Assembly (NCBI GenBank): GCA_031835245.2
Contig: JAVKOQ020000091.1
Location: forward strand, 62,001-126,000
Direction: 5' to 3'
Length of the DNA stretch: 64,000 bases
From: Balamuthia mandrillaris
Taxonomy: Eukaryota
Part shown: one piece after another, positions 1 to 12,297 of the stretch
Numbering within the stretch: position 1 is the stretch's first letter
Layout: each line of letters begins with the position of its first letter
The notes under the pieces: model-generated
Seen by the model: only the letters and a program-made list of their open reading frames with translations
What the model was told of the DNA's origin: nothing
Databases searched by the model: none
Position numbers and translations under genes: made by a program

Positions 1-117
1 GTTACCTTAAATTTTAAGGACTTTGAAGAAAGAAAGAAAAAGAGAAGAAAGAAAGCAGCGATTCGATTCGACTGATTGGGCGACAGGGATTGATTTTTGT
101 GCGATAAAATAACAAAG

Positions 118-606
118 ATGGCGTTCCGGTTGTCGAGCGGTGTAACTTCCTTTTCCACTTCCTCACTGAGGGGTTGCTCTTTGGGCAGGGTCGGCGGAGC
201 TCTCAGGAGCTATGGCTCCCTCTCCTCCTCCCCTCGCTTTGCCCCTTTGTCGCGACAGTGGTTCACTGCCACCACCCGCTCTGGCTCCCAGCTGCTCGCC
301 CCAGCTACTCGGGCCTCTGTCTCGGCTTTTAGCGGAGCGTCCAAGCGCTTCTATGCTTCTGATAGTGGTATGGCGCTACTTTTTTGTGTTGATTTTTAAA
401 TTGTTGGATTGATTTCGAGTTCTGACAAAAAAAAAACACAAAGGAGTGTACTCCAAAGCCATTGTCTCTGTTTGTGAGACGGAGCTGGAGAACCTTCAAC
501 TGGAGGACACTGAGACCGAGCTCAACGATTTCCTCTCCCGCCATAACTATTCTGTAAGTATTTTCGTCTTCTCTCTCTTCTTCCTCCTTTTCGTTGCTTC
601 TCTTGT

Positions 607-655
<49 letters not shown>

Positions 656-1367
656 GTCGCGCTCTCTGTTTTCCTTCCCTTTCTTTTTTTTCTTCACCTA
701 CTTTTCACTTCTTTCTAATCCTACTTGCAAAACTCAAGATTGCCAAAGAAGGCGATAAAGTTATCTTGCATAAAGACTTGGACAACAAAAAGTAACCTCT
801 CTCTCTCTCTCTCTCGACTTGTCTCTTCTGACCTCCAAAAACAGGATCAGAATAACTGTTTGGCGCAACGACGTAGAAGAGACCCCACACAACCACACAC
901 ACCCCGAAGGCACGGAGGAGGCCGAATATGCTGATGACCAACAACCCTCCGAGGAAGGAGAGGAAGAGCAACAAGACCAATCCGAAGCGGTGGAACGCTC
1001 CCCGGACCTCTTCGAAGTGGAAATCAAACGCGGCAACCAGAGCTTGACCCTTCACTGCGCCGCCGGCGACAACTTTTACGACATCCTCTCCATCACCCAC
1101 CACAGTGGCGCGGAGGAGGAGGAGGGAGTCTCGGAGGACCTTCCCGACGGCGAGGAGATAGAGACACACTTTAAGGGCTACCTGCGGGACACTTTGGGCA
1201 TTGGGGATGACTTTGGGCAGGTGGTCGACACGGCCTTGGGCTACTACGAGGACAAGCACTTTGCAGATTGGCTGAGCCGCGTGTCCGCCTTCATGAAGGA
1301 GGAGAGCGGAAGCGGAGGTGGCTCTCATCATCAGGAGAAGAAGAAGTCTTCTCGCAGTCGCAAGTAA
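118..1367 (+). CDS. Mitochondrial acidic matrix protein, MAM33/p32 (C1QBP) family; 4 exons
   Basis: Arg/Ser-rich presequence MAFRLSSGV...KRFYASD, followed by GT-AG-spliced exons giving an acidic body. The C-terminus ends GYLRDTLGIGDDFGQVVDTALGYYEDKHFADWLSRVSAFM, matching the terminal helices of the MAM33 family. Confidence 0.7.
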
Positions 1368-1558
1368 GGCGGCGCAAATGCTTCACCTTGCCGAGTAAAC
1401 TTTTTTTTTGCCAAAACTCTTTTATTGTTGTTCTATCGAATATTGTTGATCTATAACGTGATCGAACCAATTGAAAATCAATGATATCAAATATTTGTTG
1501 AAATTAATCACAAAAATATCGTAAAAATTGTGCGAATGCCGTCAAAAAAATCGCCGTT

Positions 1559-2210
1559 TTAGCTCAACTCTTTGTCCAGATGGTAGAGCAAGCCCTTGAC
1601 CTTGGAGTAGGCCTTCACCTTCTCCAGGATCTCGGTGACCTCGGCCTCGGCGTTGACCTGCTCGTCCACGAAGAACTGGAGGAAGCTGTAGGCGGCGTGG
1701 TCCTTGCTGTTGAGAGCAATGTCAGCGAGCTCGCTGATGTTCTTGGTGTTCTCCTCCTCCACCTTGAGGAGGTCCTCCCAAACCTCTTGGGCGGTGGTCC
1801 ACTCTGCCTTTGGTGCTTTCTGCTTGTTTGTTTATTTGAGAGACAAAAACATTAAGAAAGAGATGAAATCAACAAAAGAAAAAGAAAAAAGAAAAAAGAA
1901 AAAAGAAAAAAGAAAAAAGAGAGAAAGAAAATAGAAAACAAAATAAAAAAAAAGAAAAGAGAAAAAGCAAAGTTTTTGTTACCTGCTCTCCAAGGACAGG
2001 GGTCTTGCCACGCTTCAAGATGAAGTCGGCCATCTTCAGGCCATGAGCCCTCTCGCTCTCGCTCTCCTTTCGCAGGTAGGAGGCGATGCCTTTGAAATTT
2101 TGGCTTTCGAACCAGAAGGAAGCGGCGAGGTACTGCTGCGAAGCCTGGAACTCCACCGCGATCTGTTTTTCGAGAGCTTCCTTGATGGTGTCGCTAAAGT
2201 TGGAGGCCAT
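1559..2210 (-). CDS. Ferritin, non-heme prokaryotic (FtnA-like) type; 2 exons
   Basis: MASNFSDTIKEALEKQIAVEFQASQQYLAASFWF...ESESERAHGLKMADFILKRG / ...KVEEENTKNISELADIALNSKDHAAYSFLQFFVDEQ...GLLYHLDKELS. Four-helix ferritin pattern with ferroxidase E, Y, ExxH, E and Q residues. One intron at about 1823-1982. Confidence 0.93.
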
Positions 2211-2502
2211 TGTGGTTTGCTTGTGTGGGTGTGCGTGTGAATAGATCAATTTGGGGGCGAAAGTCTCCTTTTCTTTTTTTTGGCGGAGAGAAATAAAAGA
2301 CAAACAGGGTATTTTTCGTCGACATCATATGTTTTAGGGTAAACCATCAATATTATTTATTTTTTGATTTTCGATTGGCCAGCTGAAAAATAATTATCAA
2401 AAGATACAAAGTTTTCGATGGTGTTATCATAAATTCACAACTTGTTGAAAATTCATGATAATCGACAAAAGATTCTTCATTATTGGCCATTTTTATTCCA
2501 TT

Positions 2503-3175
2503 TTATGTCTCCTCCTCTTCCGCTTTTCTCATCTCCCGTTGAAACACTTTGCCAAAGCGATCCACCAGGACATCTCTCGCCATCTCCACATCCACCGCCC
2601 CCTCCCCACCTTCGCCATATACATGTTGCCTCTTCGTTTCGTTGCCCACGGAAACGTCCCTCATCATCCGTCTCTTTCTCGCCAGCTCTGCGGCCAAGGA
2701 GGTCACCTGCTTGTCCACTATGCCGCAGGGGACTATCAAGTCAAAGTAGGACAGGTCGGTGGTGACGTTCAAGGCGAGGCCATGGCTGGTCACCCATTGG
2801 GAGACCTGGATGCCGATGGCACCCAGCTTGCGGTCTTCGGTCCATATGCCTGTTCTGCCTTCCTCACGTTGAGCTGGGATCTTCCAGTGCCACGCTGTCT
2901 CTATCATCACCTGTTGTTGGATTGTAAAGAAACAAGAGGAGAGAGAATGAACGAAAGAGAACGAGAGATGAGAAGTAAGAGAGACAAGAGTTGAGAGAGA
3001 AATGAGAACAAGTTACCTATCAATAAAGCAACGAGGAGATGGGAGAGAATGAAAGAACAAAGAGAAGAAGAGAGGCGAAATGACGAGGAAGAAAGAACAG
3101 AGAAGAGAGCAGAGGACAGCGATAGCAAAGTAGCATAGAGAACGATGCATAGATAAAAATGAGGACATGTGAAGA

Positions 3176-3208
<33 letters not shown>

Positions 3209-3948
3209 AGAAGAAGAAGAAGAAGAAGAACAAGAACAAGAACAAGAAGAAGAACAAGAACAAGAAGAAGAAGGAGAAGAACAAGGAGAAGAGTGTGGAA
3301 GAACAAGAAGGGAGAAGGAGGGAGACAAGGAGGATGAGAAGAAGAAGAACAAGAACAAGAACGAGAACAACAAGAAGAACAACAAATGCAGAAGAAGGAG
3401 GAGAAAGCGTCAGCAAATGACAAACCTCTTCCAACTGATGCAGATACCAACGCAAGTCCTGTTTGTGGTGCCGCAGGTCCAAGATGGGATAGGCCACCAG
3501 CTGTCCAGGCCCATGGAAGGTGATGTCACCCCCACGATGCGTGTAGACCGTGTCTGCGCCATACTTGCTCTTCAGCTCAGGCAGCGGCACTCGAAAGTTA
3601 TTCACAGACTTTTTGGTATAGGTATAAACTGAATGAATGGTAAGAGAGAAATAGAGAAAGTAGAGAAGAAGAAGAAGAAGAAGAAGAACAAGAACAAGAA
3701 CAAGAAGAAGCAGAAGAACAAGAACAAGCAAAGAGAGGTGTCAGTCATTCATCCAATTTTTTTTTTGATCCCATGAATAAAACAAGAGAAAGACAGAAAG
3801 AAAAAAAAAGAAGACCAGGTGGATGTTCCACTAGCCAAAGCATGTCAGGCACCGCTCCGGCCTTGCGTTTCTGTACAAGCACGGCCATTTCCTCCAAGGC
3901 GGAGGCGTAGGGCCGTCTTCCTCCCCATTTCCACAGCACGCTCCGCAT
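2503..3948 (-). CDS. LIPT2: Lipoyl(octanoyl) transferase LipB/LIPT2; 3 exons
   Basis: Motifs [54 protein letters not shown] and LIVPCGI. Confidence 0.95.
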
Positions 3949-4262
3949 TTCTCCCTCTTCAAAAAATTCCTGGAATTTTTTGCATTCCTTTCTCAACGAA
4001 AAAACTTTCTTGTCATCACTTGGGATCGAACCCTGTCCATATGTGACCCACGCGCAATGGTTTGGTTTGGGATTAGTCCTTGTCGACATCGATTTTGCCC
4101 GCTGAAGGTGGCAGGGAAGCGCAAGGACTTTTTGGTTGTCCTTTTTTCCCTTGCCATTTCTTTTTCAGTCATATATAAAAATTTGTCATCAGCAAGATTC
4201 GAACCGACGAACGTGCCTCTTGGCAAAAAAATGAGAAAAGAATTAAACTCTTTTTTTTTTGT

Positions 4263-7200
4263 TCAAATGTTGTTTGCTTTGGCGAGAGCGTCATCATCAT
4301 CATCATCAGCACCATCGGGAGCAAGTCGGAGGTGGTACTCAGCGAGTTCCTCTGCGGAGACCTCAGAGGGAGCGCCGCTCATGAGCTCGTTTCCGGTGAC
4401 GGTCTTGGGGAAGGCGATCACTTCTCTCAAGCTTTTGGCGCCGCAGAGAATGGCCATCAGACGATCGAACCCAAGCGCTATGCCGCCTATTAATGTTGTT
4501 CATTGTGGTTTGTTTAAAATACGGGTGGTAAAACAGATAAAGAGAAACGAAGAGATAAAACAAAGAAAAGAGAGAAGAGAGAACAAGATGCAAACCATGA
4601 GGCGGGCAACCCATGCTCAACGCATCGGTGAGATGACGGAACCTGCTCTTCAGATCATCGCTAAAGCCCAACAGCTCAAATACTTGCTTTTGCAAAGCAG
4701 CATTATGAATACGAATGGAGCCTCCTCCCAGTTCCACTCCGTTCAGCACCACGTCATAGTGTTGTCCTCTAATTTCTCTAAGAATGGAGTAATATTCTTC
4801 TTCGTTGCTTCTGTTCTCTTCCAACTTTTGCAATAGAGGAAGATCTTCTGCTCTCGGAGCGGTAAAAGGATGATGAGTAGTTGTGACCTTCAGTTTTCCT
4901 TCTTCTCCTTCTTCTTCTTCCAACGTGAAGAGAGGAAAGTCCTCCACCCATAAAAAGTTGAATTGATCTTTCGGCAAGTGCAATAGTCCCCTTTGTTGAA
5001 GGATCTGAGCAGAAAGCACACGCAACGCTCCCAAAACTTTGCAGACTTTCTCTTCGGAGGTTGGATGAGCTGCGAGGAGCAAGATGCTGCTCTCCTCCTC
5101 TGGTTGTTGGTCCAGAGAGAAAGCGGAAAGGAGGCGTTGCTTTGCCTCGGGGGTCATGTGTTTGGCTAAAGGCGACTCCCATTTGGTCGTTCCTTGGATT
5201 CGTATCTTCGTAATTTCCTGTATGATGAAACAAAGATAAGAGTGAATGAAAGAAGATAAGGAGAGTACGATTAAAAAAAAAAGGGAAAAAGCACGGAAAA
5301 TAATAGAAACAGAGAACAAAAAAAGAAGTAAAAGGAAAAAAAAAAACGAAGCTTGTAAGAGCAGGAAAGGTGACTCACAGGAATGCCAAGTTCTTCTGCC
5401 TTACGTTTAAGCATTTCCAATTCACTCTTATTCAAATCCATGGTCTTCTTCATCTCCAGCTTGATGCCCTTCACGCAACCTCCTTTCTTCTTCAACATCT
5501 CCTCAAAGACCCTCACCCCTCCTCCCGTTCGAAAAACATGTGATACATCCGTCAGTTTCATATCGTATCTCATGTCCGGTTTGTCGGAGCCATAATAAAG
5601 CATAGCATCGTTGTGGGTCATTCGAGGGAACGGAAGGTGAATGTCTTGGTTTAGGGCCTTTTTCCAAACGCATTGTAGCATTCGTTCAATCACGGATTGT
5701 ACGTCTTTGGCTGTCACGAAGGAAAGTTCCATATCCACCTTTTTTTAAAACAACAACAAATGAAAAGGTATTTGAAAAGGTGTTAATGCTGTCGTTTCGC
5801 TTTTGATTTTCTTCTCTCTCACTCACTCTCCTCTAATAGTTATCTTACCTGCGTGAATTCAGGTTGACGATCCGAGCGAAGACCCTCATCGCGATAACAA
5901 CGAGCCAACTGAAAGTATCGATCGATGCCTCCGGCCATAAGCAGCTGTTTGTACTGTTGTGGGCTTTGAGGCAGAGAATAGAAGCGTCCTTTGTTTCTAG
6001 TTGGAACTAAGAACTCGCGAGCTCCTTCTGGTGTGCTGCGAAACAATGTTGGAGTCTCCACTTCCGTAAAACCTTCAATTACAAGAAGCAAATGTTAATG
6101 TAAAAACAACAAATAACAGAGAAGGAGGGGAAGGTGAAGAACAATTGCAAAGAGGAAAGAAGATAAGAAGAATGAGAAATGAACCTTCGGTATGCAAAAA
6201 GTTCCTTATGGCCAACGAAACTTGCGAACGAGTCTTCAAGTTGTGCTGCAGATGAGGTCTTCTAAGCTCCAAATATCTGTACCTCAATCGCAGCTCTTCC
6301 GTTTGCATTCTTTCAGCAGCAGCAACAGCCGAAACAACCTCTTCTTCCCCGCTGCCTTCTTGCCCTTTCTCTTTTGTTGTTTTATCCTCCCAAATGGTTG
6401 AAAAGGGGATTCGCTCGATGCTTGGATTGAGGACGTGCAGCTCTTCGAGCTCCACCTCGATGGCGCCCGTTTGCATGTTCTCGTTCTTCATGTTGACGGG
6501 ACGGGCACGGACCACTCCTTTTATCTTTTTTGTTTGCATGTATTTGTTTTTGTTGTTTGTTGTTTCTTGTGTGAGGAGATAACAGGGACAATAAAAAATA
6601 AAAGAAAAAGAAAAAGAAAATAAAGAGAATAAAGAGAATAAAGAGAATAAAAATAAAAGAATAAAAAGAAAAAAGAAAATAAAGAAAATAATAAAGAATA
6701 ATAAAGAATAATAAAGAATAAATAAACAATAAAATAAACAATAAAATACGAAAAAATTACAGAAAAAAAAATAAAAATAAAAAATAAAAAATATCAGAAA
6801 AAAAAAAAGAAAAAATAATAAAAGAAAAAGAAAAAGAAAAAAGAAAAAGTTAATAAATAAAAACAAACCGAAAGAATGCTCTCCACGTGGACTTTCTGGT
6901 TGGAGGCTATCTCCTCCTTCTTCTCCTGGCTCAGCCAGGGGTTGTCCTCGTCGATGCAGACCTGGACGGAGCCCGTGGCATCGCTCAGCACCAAAAAGAG
7001 TAGCGGCCCAAAGTTGCGCTTGATGGAGAGCCAGCCGCAGAGGGAGACGCACCGGCCAATGTCGCTCTCCCTGAGCTGACCGCAGCGATGGGTGCGTCGC
7101 AGGAGTTCCGCCTCCTCTTTTCCTTCCGTTGGTGCTGTGCGTTGAGGAGAGGAAAGAGAAGCGGAGGAGGAGGAGGAAGAAGAAAAAGAGCGATTAAAGT

Positions 7201-7375
7201 TTGATGGAGAGGAGAAAAGTGGAGGAAGCCGACGAAGTTTTTGTATGGAGAGAATCGGGGAGAGAGAAGAAAGAGGTTTGGTGGGAGGAGAAAGAGGAAG
7301 AAGGAGCAGAGGTCTGGAGGTGGGAGGTACGCAGTGAAGGCCCGGCCCTCGAACAACACCTGAAACGCTCTTCAT
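4263..7375 (-). CDS. DARS2: Mitochondrial (bacterial-type) aspartyl-tRNA synthetase; multi-exon
   Basis: Motifs [107 protein letters not shown] and REVIAFPKT, preceded by an N-terminal presequence. Confidence 0.96.
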
Positions 7376-7612
7376 CAATTTTTTTTCTTTTCGTTCATTC
7401 CAAGAAATGAGGCCAATCTGACCACAAAAGCATCCGCACTGCAGCACAAAAGGAGCAGCCTCATTTGTCGACTCAATAGTTTATCAATTTTCGCAATAAC
7501 ATTTCGAATATATTTTCGTTTTTTACAAATAATTGCGGAAGTCGACCGAAAATGGAGGACGCGAGAGAGGAGAGGAGATTAGGGCAAAAACAAAAGAAAA
7601 GAAACCAAAAAG

Positions 7613-9098
7613 ATGGGCAATATGAGCGGCACGTTTGTTCCTTGCTCCATGGAGCAGAGGGAGAAGTACCAACAGGCGCGCGTGGAGTGCAGCTACGAAG
7701 GCATGGCCGCTTCTTGCAACTCTGCCGCCTTTTATCGTTATCAAATGGCTTTTCAAGCAAGGCTTCCCTCTTGTCTTCCTGCTTCTTGTTCTCCTTCTGC
7801 TTTTTCTTTTCCTTCTTCTTCTTCTTCTTCTTCTTCTTCTTCTTCTTCTTCTTCTTCTTCTTCTTCTTCTGCTTCTTCTTCTTCGTTCTTTCTTCTTCGT
7901 TCTTTCTTCTCACAAAAAAAAAAAAAAAAGGATCAAGCGATGATGGACGTTGCAGCAATGGAAGAGGTTTGGAACTACTACAAGCAGGGGTGTGAGCTGG
8001 GAGACGTCGAAAGCTGCCTTCATGCTGGCTTTCTCCAGTATGAAGGTCTCTACACCAAAGAGTTTGTTCTTCTCTCGTTCTCTCCGCTCAGCTTCTCTCG
8101 TCTCTCTTCTCTATTCTCTCATTCTCTCATTCTCTCATTCTCTCTTCTCTCTTCTCTCTTCTCTCTTCTCTCTTCTCTCTTCTCTCCTCTTGCTTCTGAC
8201 AAACTGCAATAAACAAACAACAGCAACAAACCGATCCTAGAACGAGACCTTGCTTCCAGCGCTCACTATCTGCAATCTGCTCTCCAACATGCTCATTCCA
8301 GAGCCAAGCAATCCTACTCATCCTGCGAGTCCATCGCACCAACAAATATAAAGAGGAAAGAAGAAGGAGGAGAAAAAGAAGAAGCAGAAGAAGAAGCACA
8401 TGAAGACAAAAAAGAGGAGGAGAAAAAAGACGACAACGAAGAACCTTTGCCAGAAGACAAAGAGGCTGTTGTGGCGTGTTTGCGTTTGTTGGGTGATCTT
8501 CACAGCCGTCTCGAAGAGCATGATCCCGAAGAAGAAGAAGAAGAATATGAAGACGAAGAACGAGAAGAAGAACGAGTTCAAGAAGCAAGGAAGGAAGCAA
8601 AGAGATGTTACAAAAGTGCATGTTTACTGGGAGATGCGTATTCCTGCGGAAGAACAGGTCGTATGATACTTCAGCGCATGGAGGAAGAAAAGCTCAATTT
8701 CGCTTCTTACCTCTCGACGTCTTCCACTGGCAACGAAGTCGATAAAAGAAGAAAGAGGAGCTTAGACGAAGAGCTTCAAAAGGCCGTCAAATGGTTCGAT
8801 AGAGGTTGCGCTGCTGGCACCAACGAGATGTGCGAGTCTAGGAGGAGGTTGCAGAGTCTTCTACAAGGGGCGTCTTCTGTAGACAAGGACAGAGTAATCA
8901 TGCTCTCTCGTTTTCCTCTATCTTCACTCTTCTTGTTATCTCTCTGCTCTCTGTCTACTCTCTCCTCTCGAAGGAAAGCCAATGTAACAATATTCGATTT
9001 ACTTACAAGCCCTTTCTTCCCTTTTGCAGGTATTCCCTTCCGCTGTAAAGCGACAACAAGCGAACTCGTGGAACGCCTCCAAGGAAGATAGAATATAA
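7613..9098 (+). CDS. Cys-rich Sel1-like repeat protein (COA7/HcpA-like); 3' end uncertain (9091-9098)
   Basis: Repeats such as YYKQGCELGDVESCLHAG, CYKSACLLGDAYSCGRTG and AVKWFDRGCAAGTNEMC fit the Sel1 pattern with a C-x7-C disulfide spacing. Confidence 0.65.
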
Positions 9099-10396
9099 GA
9101 CACTTCTCGTTCCACCAACGAAAGACTTTGTGCGCTCGCTTTCAATTCCAACAGTTGTTGCGAGAGAGAAGAAGCAGACGCCAAGCAACGCAAAACACAC
9201 AGCAGAACGATCGTTAACAGTTCAGCAGCAACAGAAGACCCTTTTGCAAAGGTAACAATTCCGTTCTTGTCTTCCTCTTCTCCTTCTTCTTTATCTTTAT
9301 CTTTCGTTGGTTTTGTTTGATGGAGTTGACTTTGTACTTCGGCATACAGAGGAAGAGAATGAAGTTCGTCGAACAACTTTTCCAGAATTTGAGTTTGTTC
9401 TACCGGCATGTGTTCTCTATTGCAGTTCAAATAAATAAATAAATAAAAACAAAAACAGGAGCAAAGAGAAGAAAGAACGGGCGAAGCAAAGAACAGAATA
9501 AAGAAAGGATAGAGGAGTACTTTTCTAAAGGAAAAGCAGCAAAGATCTTTAGTAGATGTTTCTCAGCACGGTCCAAATAGGCGAAAACTCGTTGCACAAA
9601 ATCGTGTACGGATAAAGGTGCGATGGCGGTCGTCGCTTCTAGAGCTTTCGGGATGTCATCGTAGAAAAGATAAACAACCTCTCTCCAACAATCCGTTCCT
9701 GCCACAAGTCTACGAGAGAAAGAAAAGGTTCAAAACCACAAAGGGAAAAAGGAGAAAGAATAAACATACCGACAGAACGAATGCCTTGCAGCAGTGTTGG
9801 CAGACATGGCTACAAACGCGCGAGAACGCCTTGTGACAGGATCTTCCGGCAACATCGCCTCGAAAAGTAGCGATACAGGAACCCAATGCGGAGGATACTT
9901 GAAACGAGCCACGTCCATCAACAACACTGATACAGGAAGCAAAAAAAATGTTACACAACAGCGAGAACGAAAGCATTCAAGAAAGAGGCGACAGGAGAAC
10001 AAACCCAAATCACGTTGTGGATGGTATCCAGCGATGGGGCTGAAATGTCCAGAGCCGGTTTGCCCCAAGACACGGCGATCGTAGCTAACCACCATATACG
10101 TCCTTTCTTCTTTTGTTATCTCCATTATCTTTCTTCGAAAGCTTTCAACATCACTTTTTTTTTTAAAAAAAAAACAAGAATAACAATAAATACATCAAAC
10201 GAAGAAACAACGAGAGAAGACGTTAAAAACCTGTCTGAAGCATAAGTGATGTCGGCAAGAGCACCGTTGCAACGAGCCAAACAGCCAAACTCAGGAATGG
10301 TTATTCCTTCTTTTTGTACAATCTTTCAAAAGAGAAAACAAAGAAAAGAGAGAACTGTAAGCAGAGAAGGAGAGAGAAGGAGAGAGAGCGAGAGAG

Positions 10397-10443
<47 letters not shown>

Positions 10444-10679
10444 AGAAAACACAATAGAAAAAGAGAAGAAGAAAACAGGAAAAAAATACATGCAAAGGTT
10501 TACAGCAGTCCAATAGTTCCTCGCTGAACCATCGCCACGGAGCCTTCCACACTCGCTGTGGATCTATTTCCAGCGCGTTCAGTATCATCGCCAGAGTCGC
10601 AAGTCCACAATAGCTTCAATGCGATTGATTGTTTAAATGTTATAAATGAAAGAGAAACGACGAAAGCGAAAGAGAGAGG

Positions 10680-10721
<42 letters not shown>

Positions 10722-10810
10722 GAAAGAGAAAGAGAAAGAGAAAGAGAAAGAAAGAAAGAGAAAGAGAAAGAGAAAGAGAAAGAAAAAAGAAAGAGAAGGA
10801 AAGAGAGAAG

Positions 10811-10850
<40 letters not shown>

Positions 10851-11161
10851 AAGAAACGACAAGAAAGAAAGAACGAAACTACAAGAAAGAGAAAACAAGA
10901 AAAAACGCAAAAACAAAAAACTTAAAAAAAGCGTTGATAGACGTACGCAGGTTCGTTTTGGGTGTGAAACTGGGCAGCAAGGCCGAAGAAGCCTTCCATC
11001 TGGCCGCTGCTCAGCGCTTCTCTGAAGAGGGCTTTTCCTTCGGCGGAGGCAAAGTCCACGCATACAGCCGGCAGAGCGCGCCGATAAAAGCTGCGGCTCA
11101 CAGAGGGAACGGGGCGAGGAGGGCCGTTCGCTACGCCTCCGCTCGTGTGGGATGGAAGCAT
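8999..11161 (-). CDS. Phytochelatin synthase (glutathione gamma-glutamylcysteinyltransferase); multi-exon
   Basis: SFYRRALP...[64 protein letters not shown] and [15 protein letters not shown] contain the Cys-His-Asp catalytic triad. The C-terminus is Cys-rich. Confidence 0.96.
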
Positions 11162-11279
11162 CGTCAATCTTTTCTTTTCTTTTCTGGTTTTTGTTTGAAC
11201 CAGCGTTGCATCACGACGACATGGTTGCAAGGAGATCAGGGAAACTGTTGTTTTGAAAAACTGAGAACGGGCATCAATT

Positions 11280-11351
11280 TCCGCTGTGGTGTAGTTGGCA
11301 ACATTGGTGGCTCTCACCCACCCGCCCCGGGTTCGATTCCCGGCAGCGGAA
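11280..11351 (+). tRNA. tRNA-Glu(CTC)
   Basis: TCCGCTG acceptor stem pairs with CAGCGGA; anticodon arm GGTGG-CT CTC AC-CCACC; T-loop GGTTCGATTCC; T-run terminator downstream. Confidence 0.95.
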
Positions 11352-11694
11352 TTTCTTTTTGTTGTCTGAGCTTCTGTTTTTTTTTTTGTTTTTTTGTTTT
11401 GTTTTGTTTGTTTTTTTTTTTTTTTTTTTTTGGCAGAAGGTGTTTCGCAGAGGAGGAGGGAGGGCTGTCGTTGAGCAGTTGCGTGCTGTTTGACAGTTCG
11501 CAACGGAAAGAAAACCAGCGGGTTTTATTTACCATTGGATGTAAGTAGCCGACTCAGATTTAATTGGTACTTCTGTATGACTTATCATTTTTCTTTACAA
11601 AACAATATTATATATTTTGTAATATATTGTACGTTCAGAATTGAAGCAGGACAAACAAAATAACAAAAAAACGCCAGACAAAAAAAATAAGAAA

Positions 11695-11766
11695 TTCCGC
11701 TGCCGGGAATCGAACCCGGGGCGGGTGGGTGAGAGCCACCAATGTTGCCAACTACACCACAGCGGA
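11695..11766 (-). tRNA. tRNA-Glu(CTC), identical inverted copy
   Basis: Exact reverse complement of 11280-11351. Confidence 0.95.
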
Positions 11767-12084
11767 AATTGATGCCCTTTCTCAGTTAGGATTGAGAATT
11801 TTTTTTAACGATGGTTTGCGTTAACTCACTGGAAGTTGCTCTTAACATGGCCGTACCTCCCGGTTGCGGTGTAGCTTACCGTTCTTCTTTGCAACACAAC
11901 AACAACAAGCAAGCAATATGACCAATGGAGCATCTGTACGCTACTGTTGCTGGGCCGATTGACACAGCCTTGAGAAAATAGGAAAAGTGCTGGGGCTGTG
12001 CATCGAGGGCTGCATCAAGCCACCCCTCTTCGGGACGATCTGCAAGAAGTGGAGAACAAAACAACTACGAGCAAAAAAAGAATG

Positions 12085-12155
12085 TGCATCCGCCGGGAGT
12101 TGAACCCGGGCCTCCCGCGTGGCAGGCGGAAATCATGCCCCTAGACTACGGATGC
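12085..12155 (-). tRNA. tRNA-Gly(GCC)
   Basis: Reverse complement GCATCCG...TTCCGC-CT GCC AC-GCGGGA...GGTTCAACTCC...CGGATGCA folds as a cloverleaf. A T-run follows downstream. Confidence 0.93.
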
Positions 12156-12297
12156 TTGTTATGCATGTGTGGTCGCTATGCAGCCTTGTTGGTGATAGAC
12201 ACAGATGATTAAAATACTTATTATTTTTTAATATTTTTTGTTTTTTTGTTTTGTTTTTTTTTGGGTTTTACTTTTTTCTTTTATTTCGTTTGTGTGT

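Noticed and set aside
2211..2310. Iron-responsive element in the ferritin 5' region
   Set aside because: No CAGUGN-loop hairpin is visible upstream of the ATG.
4011..4100. Possible tRNA around GGGTTCGATCCC on the minus strand
   Set aside because: The T-stem is only 3 bp and no acceptor or anticodon arm forms. Kept only as a B-box-like motif.
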